DNA from: a virus
Lineage: Duplodnaviria; Caudoviricetes
DNA length: 58,336 nucleotides
Reading direction: 5' to 3' (one strand)
Virus record (IMG/VR): IMGVR_UViG_3300035388_000018
Coordinates: 1-58,336 of that record
Shown: positions 1 through 9,182 of the stretch, one piece after another
Position numbering within the stretch: position 1 is the first letter of the stretch
Layout of the letters: each line of letters begins with the position of its first letter
The notes under the pieces: generated by a model
The model's input: only the letters and a program-made list of their open reading frames with translations
Database searches by the model: none
What the model was told of the DNA's origin: nothing
Program-made: the position numbers and the translations under genes

Positions 1-2
1 TT

Positions 3-1199
3 GATGGTGATGCCAGTGTAAACCGTACTGTCGCAATTACCGATGCCATCGATGGTGATATGTCCGGTGAAACCGCCATTAACGGCACGTTTACAATCAC
101 GTTCACCGACAAGGATGAGAACGGGGAAAGTTATACGCTGGAATCTTATGTCGTCAGCACTAAGGAAAATGGCCTTGATGATATGGGCCTGCCTGCCTTT
201 ATTGAAACCGTCCTTGAAAACAACAGTGACCGTTTTAGATGTGACATAGATACATCGGTATCCTGGGTAGATCTCAAGGCGGCTATCGCTGATGTTGCTG
301 GTTTTGCGACGGCTCAGGCTTTCACCGGCGGTACCGAGGGTGCCACAGAACCGACAGCGGAAGAATGGGACGATGCGTGGGACCTTTTCCGGAATGAATC
401 CGTTAACTGTGACCTGATGTTTGCAGCTGGCAACCTTGATGAGGACGTTCTTGAAAACTGTATCGAAATTGCCGAATTACGCCACTGTTCTTTTTTCTTT
501 GATGCGTCACCAGCTATCAAGCATGACGCGGCCATTACATGGTTGACCACGGCCGGTCTGGAAAGCAGGCAGGCGGCTTGCTACCATGCCCCGTTTGCGG
601 CCAAAGATAAATATTATGGCGGGAAAACAGTCTGGGGCGTGTCCGGGGAAGTCGCGGCGGCCTGCGCCCGAGGGGATGCCATTATGACCGGCAGTGTCCC
701 CGGTATCCATTACGCCCCTGCCGGTGGGAAACGGGCAAAACTCACCAGAACCGGCGTAACACCTTTGTATCCGGATGACATTCTTGACCGGGATGCGTTG
801 TACACGGCCCGGATTAACCCCGTCATTGCCTCACAAAGCGGCGGCGCGGTGGTCGATGACTGCCTATCCCTGCATTATAAGACCAATTATAGCCGTTTTG
901 TATGGGTCAACCGTATCCTGAATTACATTGATCACCGGTTTGTCGAAGCGGCCGGCCTGGCCAAGTTTGAGCCCGACGGCCTGACCTATGACATCCTGTA
1001 TCGTCTGTGCAAAACGATTATGGATGACCTTGTTACTTCGGGCGCCCTGGTCGAGCCACGAGATCCGGACACCGATGGAACGGAACCCTACATTCTGACT
1101 ATCGAACAGCAAGAAATCGACTTGTGGTTGGTGACATGGGAAGTGTGCCCGACCGGTGCCGCCCGGCGTATCGCTGGACAGCCCAAACTGATTAAATAA
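3..1199 (+). CDS. Contractile tail sheath protein (P1 gp22-like), 5' truncated by the window edge
   Basis: Frame is open from position 3 into the 60..1199 ORF. Sheath C-terminal motifs (LYTARINPV, RFVWVNRILNYID, FEP). Lies directly upstream of a P1-like tail block. Confidence 0.88.
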   Translation, partial: DGDASVNRTVAITDAIDGDMSGETAINGTFTITFTDKDENGESYTLESYVVSTKENGLDDMGLPAFIETVLENNSDRFRCDIDTSVSWVDLKAAIADVAGFATAQAFTGGTEGATEPTAEEWDDAWDLFRNESVNCDLMFAAGNLDEDVLENCIEIAELRHCSFFFDASPAIKHDAAITWLTTAGLESRQAACYHAPFAAKDKYYGGKTVWGVSGEVAAACARGDAIMTGSVPGIHYAPAGGKRAKLTRTGVTPLYPDDILDRDALYTARINPVIASQSGGAVVDDCLSLHYKTNYSRFVWVNRILNYIDHRFVEAAGLAKFEPDGLTYDILYRLCKTIMDDLVTSGALVEPRDPDTDGTEPYILTIEQQEIDLWLVTWEVCPTGAARRIAGQPKLIK

Positions 1200-1269
1200 A
1201 AGCCCGGTGTCTCCCTTTGCAGGGCGATACCGGCCCAAACAAATAATTTTCCTTTAGGGGGTATTTTTT

Positions 1270-1923
1270 ATGTTTTTTAAGAATCCGGATAAAGATGTTT
1301 TTTCCATGGGGTTTGGCAAACCTGCCAAACTTGATGGGGAAGAGGATATTTTCGAAGCGGCAAGCAAAGATGCTGGCGGTTTCGCCGGTCAACAGCTGCG
1401 GGCCATGGCCATGTCTACCGCCCTTACTTGGCTGGACGAAAAGGATTATTCTTTTGAAGCCCTGGACGTTCTTACCGTTGGTATGGTTGACGTTGATGGT
1501 GACAAGGAAGTCGATGACGACGAAGAGCAGGACTATAACGAACTGCTGGCCGGTGTCGGTGACGCCCTGGTTAAACTGGGCGGATCGAGTGAGAACGTAA
1601 CGGCTTTCATTGACGGCGAAAGTGACGAACAGGGCGGAAAGCTTGGAAAATTCCTGGGTAAAAAGCTGGATGGATCGGCCATTGATGATAATCAGCTGGT
1701 TACCAGGTACGCAACCGTATCCGGGTCTGAATCCATTTTTGAATCTGTCAAAAAGGTCGTGCGAAACGGTAAAATCGTGCTGAAAAAAAAGCGCGTAAAA
1801 AAATACCGTATGACGGCGGCTCAACGGCAGGGGCTTAAAAAAGCCCGGCGGAAAAGTAACACGGCGGCTGCCCGGCGGAACCGTGCAAAGTCAATGCGAA
1901 CCAGAAAAAAAAGAGGCATTTAA
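1270..1923 (+). CDS. P1 gp21-like virion protein; acidic body and very basic C-terminus (prohead-core-like)
   Basis: KKVVRNG...TAAQ..LKKARRK...KSM..RKKRG tail matches my recollection of P1 gp21; position after the sheath gene. Confidence 0.75.
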   Translation: MFFKNPDKDVFSMGFGKPAKLDGEEDIFEAASKDAGGFAGQQLRAMAMSTALTWLDEKDYSFEALDVLTVGMVDVDGDKEVDDDEEQDYNELLAGVGDALVKLGGSSENVTAFIDGESDEQGGKLGKFLGKKLDGSAIDDNQLVTRYATVSGSESIFESVKKVVRNGKIVLKKKRVKKYRMTAAQRQGLKKARRKSNTAAARRNRAKSMRTRKKRGI

Positions 1924-1926
1924 TCC

Positions 1927-2520
1927 GTGGCGTTTATTTGGAAATCAGGGCTCACAATTGTGGGGAATAATGACCCGAGTGTGAGCCCTTATCTCAAAAC
2001 CTGGATTAAACAGGGCAATGTACTTGTTTGCGGCGTCACCGGTGAGGGAACCAGTAAGGAAATTACTGCCAACTGGAATAGCCCGTTTGAAGAGGATTCA
2101 ATTGGCGGGCATTTTCAAAAGGTCGGCGGGTTATTGCAGTATAAAACCGGCCGAACCAGTAAAAGCAAACTTGCAAGTGTGCAGATATGGGAAGGCAACC
2201 GGCCGCATATGTTTAGTTTGGTTCTGCGGTTTTATGCCCTGGCCGATGCAAAGGCCGAGGTTATGGACCCGCTTCGAGAACTTGAAAAAATGCTTTCTCC
2301 TGATGTTAACCCGATGGCACCCGCCGGCCGGATACCGCAACCGGTATGGCTAAATATCGGCCGGAACGCGATTTACGGGGATTGTATCCTTGCAAGTATG
2401 TCTGTGCCCTTGGACAAAGAAAAAACCCGGGAAGGCTATTTGGTCCGGGCTGAAACCACGTTGCAGGTTGAAACGAAGACCATGATGAACCGGTCTGAAA
2501 TTGACGCTACCTACGGATAA
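1927..2520 (+). CDS. pmgG: PmgG-like tail/baseplate protein
   Basis: VSPYLK, NWNSPF, WEG, IP..V.LNIGR motifs as recalled for P1 PmgG; synteny. Confidence 0.75.
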   Translation: MAFIWKSGLTIVGNNDPSVSPYLKTWIKQGNVLVCGVTGEGTSKEITANWNSPFEEDSIGGHFQKVGGLLQYKTGRTSKSKLASVQIWEGNRPHMFSLVLRFYALADAKAEVMDPLRELEKMLSPDVNPMAPAGRIPQPVWLNIGRNAIYGDCILASMSVPLDKEKTREGYLVRAETTLQVETKTMMNRSEIDATYG

Positions 2521-2532
2521 GAAAGGCAAAAT

Positions 2533-3054
2533 ATGGATTCTTTTGGATCGGCCAATGTCGCATTGGTCAAAAAATCTTTAAATAAATTTCTCTCCATGGG
2601 GGAAAAGGCCACATCTGATGATTTCAGGATGACAGTGGAAGGATACTCTGAGCTTGAATTCTTGATTCAAACCGGACAACTTCCCCCGATCAAACGTGAA
2701 ATGGTCGAAATTGTGGGGCCCCATGGCATGCAGGTGCAGCAACAGGGCAAAATTATCAATGCCCATGAAGTGCCTATCACCTTCATTGAAACCGTTTCAG
2801 GCGCCGTACTGGGTGTCTTGCGGGACTGGGTGAAAAACAAGAGGTATCTGACTGTCACGCTTGCCATGCTGTCTGAGGGCGATACTCAGTCCAGTAAAGC
2901 CGCTACGGTGCGGTTTGAAAACTGCTGGATCGAATCGGATGCCATTGAATTCTCAGTTGAAGACAACACGCCTTTAAAACCGGCGGCTACATTGCATGTC
3001 AACTGGGTGTCCTATTTTGATGAGGACGGCAACACGCTGAACTGGGGCGTTTAA
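2533..3054 (+). CDS. bplB: BplB-like tail tube protein
   Basis: GE...S.DF, RE.VE..GP.G, ET..G, SDAIEFS.ED, NW motifs as recalled for P1 BplB; synteny. Confidence 0.75.
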   Translation: MDSFGSANVALVKKSLNKFLSMGEKATSDDFRMTVEGYSELEFLIQTGQLPPIKREMVEIVGPHGMQVQQQGKIINAHEVPITFIETVSGAVLGVLRDWVKNKRYLTVTLAMLSEGDTQSSKAATVRFENCWIESDAIEFSVEDNTPLKPAATLHVNWVSYFDEDGNTLNWGV

Positions 3055-3590
3055 TGACTCCTGCCGAGATCATAGATCGGGCAAAACTCAAGTTTGATGT
3101 TCTGTATCATAGCAATCCTGCTAAATTGACGGCTATGATGCAGGACACCCTTGGCGTGTTTGAGGACAAAGCGGGCGCTATCCGATCCGTCCAGATTGCA
3201 TCCCCGGAGACCAGTATTGAAAAGCCGGCGGATATGCTTGCGGTGTGCTGCGTGCATGATGGCAAGGGAATGTTTGTCGAGAGCACCACAACTGCAACGG
3301 ATATTGTGATATCCGGGATTGTGGCGTATCCGGTGACCGTCAAGTACCTGGTTAATTTTCGGGATATGGAATTTAGTGTCAACCTGCCGGCCGAAAGTGT
3401 CGGGTTGATACAATCCCATTTCACGGCTCAATTGACTGTCCGGAACACGCGGCGGGAACGGGCGGTGGCGGTGGCCGCCGGATTACAGGTTGAATTGCCT
3501 TCAGAAGAGTCCTTGACGGCTAAGGTCGAAACAATCGAGACGGCCATGGAAGAAACGGCGGCTATCATCCCCATGATTACGGTGGTGTGA
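3054..3590 (+). CDS. pmgC: PmgC-like head-tail adaptor
   Basis: MTP.E.....K..F, LG.FEDKAG motifs; directly upstream of the tub-like gene as in P1. Confidence 0.7.
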   Translation: MTPAEIIDRAKLKFDVLYHSNPAKLTAMMQDTLGVFEDKAGAIRSVQIASPETSIEKPADMLAVCCVHDGKGMFVESTTTATDIVISGIVAYPVTVKYLVNFRDMEFSVNLPAESVGLIQSHFTAQLTVRNTRRERAVAVAAGLQVELPSEESLTAKVETIETAMEETAAIIPMITVV

Positions 3591-4078
3591 TGGAAGATTT
3601 TAATAAATTGCGGTTGATGGCCGGGCGGCTGGTCGAAACCCATTTTCGGGAACCCTGGCAATTCCGGATTGAGATAGATCAGTATCCTCATGATGATTTT
3701 GACCTGTATGTCCGTGAAATATCCTATGGGCCTACCGAGATTGAAACGGATCAGGAAAAGGCCGGTATTCAAACCTTGACTTATCCCAGCGGTACGGCGC
3801 CCGTCACTGTCTCAATGACAATGCGGGATCATGAGGATATGCGGGTTTCAGATTGGTTTAATGCCCTGATAAAAAAAGTGATCAATTCAGACGGTACCGT
3901 AAATTTGCCGATTGATTATTGTGTCAGCTTCAAACGATTTTCCCTTTTACACGACAATACTGAAACCGAAACCGATAAATGGATGGTTTATCCTACTCAA
4001 ATTGGGGATATCACCGAATCCAAGGACGGTGACGGGGTTTTGGAATTTCCAATAACTTTTATTCAATTTAGGTCTTGA
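3590..4078 (+). CDS. tub: Tub-like tail tube/tube-initiator protein
   Basis: WQF.IE.D, I.Y...EIE, MRD, DWF....VINSDGT.NLP..Y, GD.T, FPITF motifs. Confidence 0.75.
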   Translation: MEDFNKLRLMAGRLVETHFREPWQFRIEIDQYPHDDFDLYVREISYGPTEIETDQEKAGIQTLTYPSGTAPVTVSMTMRDHEDMRVSDWFNALIKKVINSDGTVNLPIDYCVSFKRFSLLHDNTETETDKWMVYPTQIGDITESKDGDGVLEFPITFIQFRS

Positions 4079-4079
4079 T

Positions 4080-4847
4080 ATGATTTCACCTTTTAATTTA
4101 CCCAGCAACCCGGAAAAAGAAATCCACTTGCGTGAGGCCACCGTGGGTGATGCTATGGATTTTTCAGATGTGGACGCGGCCCGGGAAGAGGCGGCCACCA
4201 CGTTATTTTTAAATACTATCCAGGATAAGGCCACGTTTTACGATTCAAAATACTGGACCGGTGAGGATCGGCGGTTTGCCCTGGTATGGTATTACATGCA
4301 TACCGAAAAAGACACCACCCTATCTGTGTCATACGATTGCGGGGCCTGCAGCAAAGAACATTCGTTTTCTTTTGATGTGAAGGATATAGCGGCCGAATAT
4401 TCTGACATTAGGGGCAAGTCGGAGCGCGATATTGAGTTTGAAGGACAAAAGGTTATTGTCCGACCATTGAACGGCATATCCCTTGAAATGCTTGAAATTG
4501 AACGAATAGCCCTTGCAGATGCGAAGGCGCGTGCCGGGGAACAATCCGGCGGATATCGCAAGCAGGCGGCCCGGATTAAGTTGAAAAGCCTTCTCTGGTG
4601 TTGTGAATTTCCCGGCATGACCGGTGATGAAAAAGAACGGCTGGTCTTTACCTTTGGGGTAAAGAAACTTGAGCGTTTTCTTGATGCCGTCGGGGAACAA
4701 TTGGTCGATATGCGCCATGGATTATTGACCGAATACGAAAACGGCAAGATTTTTCTGGTGTCCCCTACTCATGCCTGCCCTGAAAAGGAGGTACTGACCC
4801 GGGTTCGGGTCCCGTTTCGGCCTGGCGACTACATTCCCGAACTATAG
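4080..4847 (+). CDS. pmgB: PmgB-like tail assembly chaperone / baseplate hub assembly protein
   Basis: LPS.P..I..R....DAM.F, WT..DR..AL.W, CxxC, PL.G...EMLE, HGL, VPFR motifs; immediately upstream of the tape measure gene. Confidence 0.75.
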   Translation: MISPFNLPSNPEKEIHLREATVGDAMDFSDVDAAREEAATTLFLNTIQDKATFYDSKYWTGEDRRFALVWYYMHTEKDTTLSVSYDCGACSKEHSFSFDVKDIAAEYSDIRGKSERDIEFEGQKVIVRPLNGISLEMLEIERIALADAKARAGEQSGGYRKQAARIKLKSLLWCCEFPGMTGDEKERLVFTFGVKKLERFLDAVGEQLVDMRHGLLTEYENGKIFLVSPTHACPEKEVLTRVRVPFRPGDYIPEL

Positions 4848-4977
4848 TCGGGACGGCTGGACTATTATTATCAATAATCTTTGTTTGCACGCCCGGCAAA
4901 CGATCCGGGGCGTGCTTGATTCCCCCAAAGATATTGCGCTGGCGTTGCATCGTGAAATAGAAAAGGCGAACCGGTGA
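4816..4977 (+). CDS. Unannotated +1-frame extension of pmgB (putative programmed-frameshift product, lambda G-T-like)
   Basis: +1 frame is open 4798-4977 with no ATG. It reads FGLATTFPNYSRDGWTIIINNLCLHARQTIRGVLDSPKDIALALHREIEKANR* and its TGA overlaps the sit GTG start (GTGA 4974-4977). Confidence 0.6.
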   Translation, partial: FGLATTFPNYSRDGWTIIINNLCLHARQTIRGVLDSPKDIALALHREIEKANR

Positions 4978-6773
4978 AAGATCTAAAATCAATTTCCCTT
5001 CTAAAGAGTATCGACACGCGGCTTGACAAGCTTCTAAATGCTGTCATGTCGAGTTCAAAGGCCACTATCGGCCATATTCAAAAAGCTACCAAAAAGAGTG
5101 GACCATCGACCCGGCTTGCACGGAAAAAGCCCGTGACGGCCAAACTGAAGCGATCCACGGCCAAAAAATCGACCATTGTCATATCGATTGATGAGGTTGA
5201 TAAGGTGTCCACAAAAAAGGTCGTTGCTAAGGCGGTCAAAAAAGTTGAACCCCTGCAAAAAAAGCAATCCACCGCAAAGAAAATATCGAAAAAGCCTATT
5301 GACCGGCAGGGCATTAAGCCCGTGCCGGCCGTAAAAAAAGCCTCGTCTGCAAACATTAATCAGGACCGGCAGGAAAAGACACAACAAAAAGCGAACAACA
5401 AGGGGTTTTTCAAATCCCTGGCCGCTTCGTTTTCGTCGGTCACCGGGAAAATAACGGGGCAGGTTAGGGAATTGACCGCCGGAAAGGGCGGCGTCGAACA
5501 AGGCCGGGATGCGGTGGGTATGGCTGCCGGCGGGCCGGTGTGGGGCGCAATCAAAGAAATGACCGAGTTTGTTTCTGATGTCCGGGGCGAACGGAGCATG
5601 ACCGGGCGGATTGTCGGGAACCTGTTTAAACGGTTTGCCGGTAGGAAAGCGGCCGCCGATACTCCGGAAGGGTATAAGCCGGATAAAAACGGGAAACTTC
5701 GAGATAAAAAGGGGCATTTCCTGAAAGGGTCGGGAACTGTCGAGAAATCACCGGACAAAAAACAGGATAATAATGCCCTGTTCGATGATCTGTTCGGCAA
5801 TGATGGACAAAAGGGCAAACCGGCCGGCCACCTTACCCGGAAAAGCAAAAAAAGAAGTGCCGAACAGCTGGGAACCGTCACAGACTCCATGAAGGTCAGT
5901 GAAAAGGCGGAGAAAAAACGGCATAAGGAACTTTTAAGCGCGGTCAAGGGAATCGATGCCGACGGGGACGGCGGCCTTCTAGGTAATTTGAAGGGCGGCA
6001 AGGGTATCTCCGGAAAAATAAAAGGCCTGCTGGGGCTGGGGGCTGCCGGCGGGGTGGCTACAAAGGGCGGCGGCATCCTGAGCAAGGTCCTTGGCGGTGG
6101 CAAAAAAGCCATGGGCGCAGTGAAGGGGCTGGGGGGCAAAGCGCTTGGGAAAGTCGGGGGCAAGGGGGCCTTGAAGGGGCTGGGTAAGGCTGGCGGCAAG
6201 TCGTTATTGAAAAAAATCCCTGTCTTGGGTCTTTTGGCGGGCGGTGGGTTTGCCATACAACGTCTGATGAAAGGGGACATGGCCGGTGCCCTTGGTGAAT
6301 TAAGTTCAGGAGCGGCCAGCATGGTCCCGGGACTTGGAACGGCGGCATCTGTGGCTATTGATGCCGGACTCGTGGCGCGTGATCTGAAAAACGGTGAGGC
6401 AGATGAGACTGTAACGCCTCATGGACCGGATACCCGGGCCGAGATTGAACAGATCCGGGCGGCCAAGAAAAACAAATCTTTAAATAAAGGCAAAAAGAAA
6501 ACATTACAAGCAGGGACAGTATCAGGCAAAAAAAGCAGTACGGTTCCCGGTAAAATTGGTAAGACAGTGTTACCCGTGTCGCCGATTAAGGCCCCGGCCG
6601 TGTCAAAAGCACCGGCTACGCAGTCTCAACCGGCGGCGGCGAAGCAACAACAACCGGTTATTGTGATAAAAAACGCGGAAAGAGAAAAAGAAAAAAAGAA
6701 ATCTTTACCGCATAATATTCCAACTGAGTATGACGATACCGTTTTGACGCTAATGGCGCATGACCGATTATGA
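4974..6773 (+). CDS. sit: Tape measure / Sit-like protein
   Basis: Lys/Gly-rich low-complexity protein with DAVG.AAGGP.W and a C-terminal IPTEYDD..LTLMAHD motif; lies between pmgB and pmgA as in P1. Confidence 0.72.
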   Translation: MKDLKSISLLKSIDTRLDKLLNAVMSSSKATIGHIQKATKKSGPSTRLARKKPVTAKLKRSTAKKSTIVISIDEVDKVSTKKVVAKAVKKVEPLQKKQSTAKKISKKPIDRQGIKPVPAVKKASSANINQDRQEKTQQKANNKGFFKSLAASFSSVTGKITGQVRELTAGKGGVEQGRDAVGMAAGGPVWGAIKEMTEFVSDVRGERSMTGRIVGNLFKRFAGRKAAADTPEGYKPDKNGKLRDKKGHFLKGSGTVEKSPDKKQDNNALFDDLFGNDGQKGKPAGHLTRKSKKRSAEQLGTVTDSMKVSEKAEKKRHKELLSAVKGIDADGDGGLLGNLKGGKGISGKIKGLLGLGAAGGVATKGGGILSKVLGGGKKAMGAVKGLGGKALGKVGGKGALKGLGKAGGKSLLKKIPVLGLLAGGGFAIQRLMKGDMAGALGELSSGAASMVPGLGTAASVAIDAGLVARDLKNGEADETVTPHGPDTRAEIEQIRAAKKNKSLNKGKKKTLQAGTVSGKKSSTVPGKIGKTVLPVSPIKAPAVSKAPATQSQPAAAKQQQPVIVIKNAEREKEKKKSLPHNIPTEYDDTVLTLMAHDRL

Positions 6774-7120
6774 GCGAACTTAAAGAATATAACTGGTTGA
6801 TGGTGTCATCCCCAAGCGAGGGGGTAAGTACCCACGATGACGGCGCGGCCATGGCCCAGCGGATTCTTGAATGGTTGGGCACTCCGGAGGGCAGCGTCGC
6901 GGACCTGCCGGACTGGGGCAATACGCTTTTTACGCTTAAACACGAGCCGACCGGTGTGGATCTTCAGGTATTTGCTGAAATGACCATTTTTGAGAAACTT
7001 ATCAAAGATGTCGAGGATATTGATATTCGAAAAGTGAGCGTCGAATTTCCTGATATCGACATGGCCAAGGTTACCATTGCGTATGGTACCGAGACTCTTG
7101 AAGAGACGGTGATATTATGA
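6770..7120 (+). CDS. pmgA: PmgA-like baseplate protein (T4 gp25-like)
   Basis: RI.EWL.TP.G.V...P.WGN.L...KHEP, KL..D motifs. Confidence 0.78.
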   Translation: MSELKEYNWLMVSSPSEGVSTHDDGAAMAQRILEWLGTPEGSVADLPDWGNTLFTLKHEPTGVDLQVFAEMTIFEKLIKDVEDIDIRKVSVEFPDIDMAKVTIAYGTETLEETVIL

Positions 7121-8514
7121 TCAGTAAAACCGAGGCAATAGCCAAGTTTAAGGAAATAATCGGCACAAAAGGGACATGGGGCCAGCTGGCTGCATCTCAA
7201 TTTGTCGAACATCTTGCTATTTTTATGTCCTGGGCGCTTCGGCAAGCATTGTGGGCTATTGAAAGGGCCTTTCAGGAGTTTTTCAGATCCACAGCTATGA
7301 ACCGGTCAAGCATTCTGGCCCACGTTGAGGATGAAAACTACATCCCTTTGAAAGCAACCCCGGCCACGGGGACATGCAGCATCACAAATAACGGAGCGGC
7401 GGCGGTGTCGCTGGATCTTTACCAAGCTTTCCTGTCATCCACACAGGAGGATTACATTTTAAACGAGGTTGTCGCCTTGGCTGCGGGCAGTACCGCTGCA
7501 GTCGAATTTAAGCAGTTTGAAAAAATGATCCTTCTGTATGCCGTTGATGAGGAAAAAGCCTTTTACGAGATCCTCTTCGATAAGGTGCTGTCCGGCACCA
7601 TTCACAGCATGACCGTGTATGTGGATGACGTGGAATGGACGCTGGATAGTAAATTCCGAAACGCTTATTCAGACTCAAAATTTTACGATGAATTCTATTC
7701 ACATACGGATCAAGTCGGCATCCGATTTGGTAACGGCATATTCGGACAGGTCCCGGCCCTTGATAGTGTGGTCCGGGTAGAATTATGGCTCACCAATGGC
7801 GATACCTACCTTGCGGAAAATCAGGCGCTTACTATTGTCGGTGAGGTCCTGGACGTTGCCGGGGACGCGGTTGACTTGGCCGTCATGAGCACTACTGCCC
7901 TGACTGGCGGCACTGATATGGAAGATACCGAAAGCATCCGGAGAAACCTTCAATATTGGCCCATCTATAATGATCAACTGGTTTGGGATAACGATTACAT
8001 CTATTTTGTGAAACGAAGTGTGTCCGATATTATATGGATGAATGTTTGGGGTGAAAAAGAAGCCGAAGCCGAAGCGGGCGCGGCAAGTCTGGCTTTTATC
8101 AACACCATTTTCGTTTCAGCGTACCAGGCGGGCGGGGCCGCTATCGAGGGCACCGTCATTGATCTGCTGGAAGGCGCGGTTGAAAAGCTTAATCGCAAAT
8201 TTGAATGGGTTGCCCCTTCTTTTGTAACGTTCACCGTATCGGTCACCGCAAAAGTCGGCAAATCACGCAATACGGCCGATGTCGAAACCGCTATTACTGA
8301 AATTCTTGCAACCAATTACGACAAGGACTCCGCAAACCGAAAAGACTTGGTTCTGCTAAGAGAGATTTACGCATTGATCGAGGGTACCGGCTATTTTACT
8401 GGCGTTGGGGAGTATTTTGAAGTCACGGCGGCCGGGGACACGACGGCGGATCTTCTCAAGGAAATGGTTTGTATTGATCTGGGCACTTCAACTTTTACAA
8501 TCGGGTATTTATGA
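7117..8514 (+). CDS. bplA: BplA-like baseplate wedge protein (T4 gp6-like)
   Basis: FRSTA.NRSSILA, GIRFGNGIFG.VP, TGG.D.E, LVW.NDY, VWGE motifs. Confidence 0.85.
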   Translation: MISKTEAIAKFKEIIGTKGTWGQLAASQFVEHLAIFMSWALRQALWAIERAFQEFFRSTAMNRSSILAHVEDENYIPLKATPATGTCSITNNGAAAVSLDLYQAFLSSTQEDYILNEVVALAAGSTAAVEFKQFEKMILLYAVDEEKAFYEILFDKVLSGTIHSMTVYVDDVEWTLDSKFRNAYSDSKFYDEFYSHTDQVGIRFGNGIFGQVPALDSVVRVELWLTNGDTYLAENQALTIVGEVLDVAGDAVDLAVMSTTALTGGTDMEDTESIRRNLQYWPIYNDQLVWDNDYIYFVKRSVSDIIWMNVWGEKEAEAEAGAASLAFINTIFVSAYQAGGAAIEGTVIDLLEGAVEKLNRKFEWVAPSFVTFTVSVTAKVGKSRNTADVETAITEILATNYDKDSANRKDLVLLREIYALIEGTGYFTGVGEYFEVTAAGDTTADLLKEMVCIDLGTSTFTIGYL

Positions 8515-9173
8515 TTGACTGGTTAAAAAAACGATTGGTCCCGGCTAAAGGGGATACCTCAAGATGGTCGGAACTTGCGGAAGCGTGTCAAACGTTTTGG
8601 GAAACGTATTTTGACCCTTATGCACAGCGGTTACTTGATCTGAGGTCAATTTACACGGCATGGGGCGATGATCTTGAAACGATCATGACCGAGCTGGGGG
8701 ATTATTTCCGGGCGGATATCGGGGAAAGCGTCGACAGGCCTATTCAAATTGTGTGGCGACGGCTGGAATTACAGGGGAAAGAGACTAAAAACCTTGCTCA
8801 TATGACTTTGAGGCGTAAGTTTTTAGGCCTGGATATCGAATGGGTGCCGCTTTATCACGAAAAAACCGCCGAGTACGGTACCGCTTTTAAAAAGCTCGAA
8901 GAGATAGAGTTCGCCGGGCTGGATGTGGCCGATTATTTTTTAACTTCTCACGGCAAGATTCAACTGGCATCCAAATCTTTGAATCAGCAAAATTTATCTT
9001 TTGCCGATTTCCTGGCGGCGGTCAAGGAAGAGCTTGAGCGTTTTTTACCAACCCATATTGTTTATGATGGGGCTGAATTAACGTCGGAGGAATTAAATTT
9101 GCCGATTTATTTTGGCGGGTTTGTGGTTGAAGGCGTCACAACTGAAATAGAAATGGATGCTTTTGTTTATTAA
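8511..9173 (+). CDS. P1 gp16-like baseplate protein
   Basis: WLK.RL.P.K...W..LA, RSIY, ELG.YF, W.PLY, FLTS.G, P.HIVYDG motifs; synteny. Confidence 0.75.
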   Translation: MIDWLKKRLVPAKGDTSRWSELAEACQTFWETYFDPYAQRLLDLRSIYTAWGDDLETIMTELGDYFRADIGESVDRPIQIVWRRLELQGKETKNLAHMTLRRKFLGLDIEWVPLYHEKTAEYGTAFKKLEEIEFAGLDVADYFLTSHGKIQLASKSLNQQNLSFADFLAAVKEELERFLPTHIVYDGAELTSEELNLPIYFGGFVVEGVTTEIEMDAFVY

Positions 9174-9182
9174 GGAGTAACA

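Noticed and set aside
5055-6348. Long antisense ORFs opposite sit (e.g. 5360..6322) and similar shadows opposite darB and sbcC
   Set aside because: Low-complexity mirror translations of real genes, without RBS or recognisable motifs.
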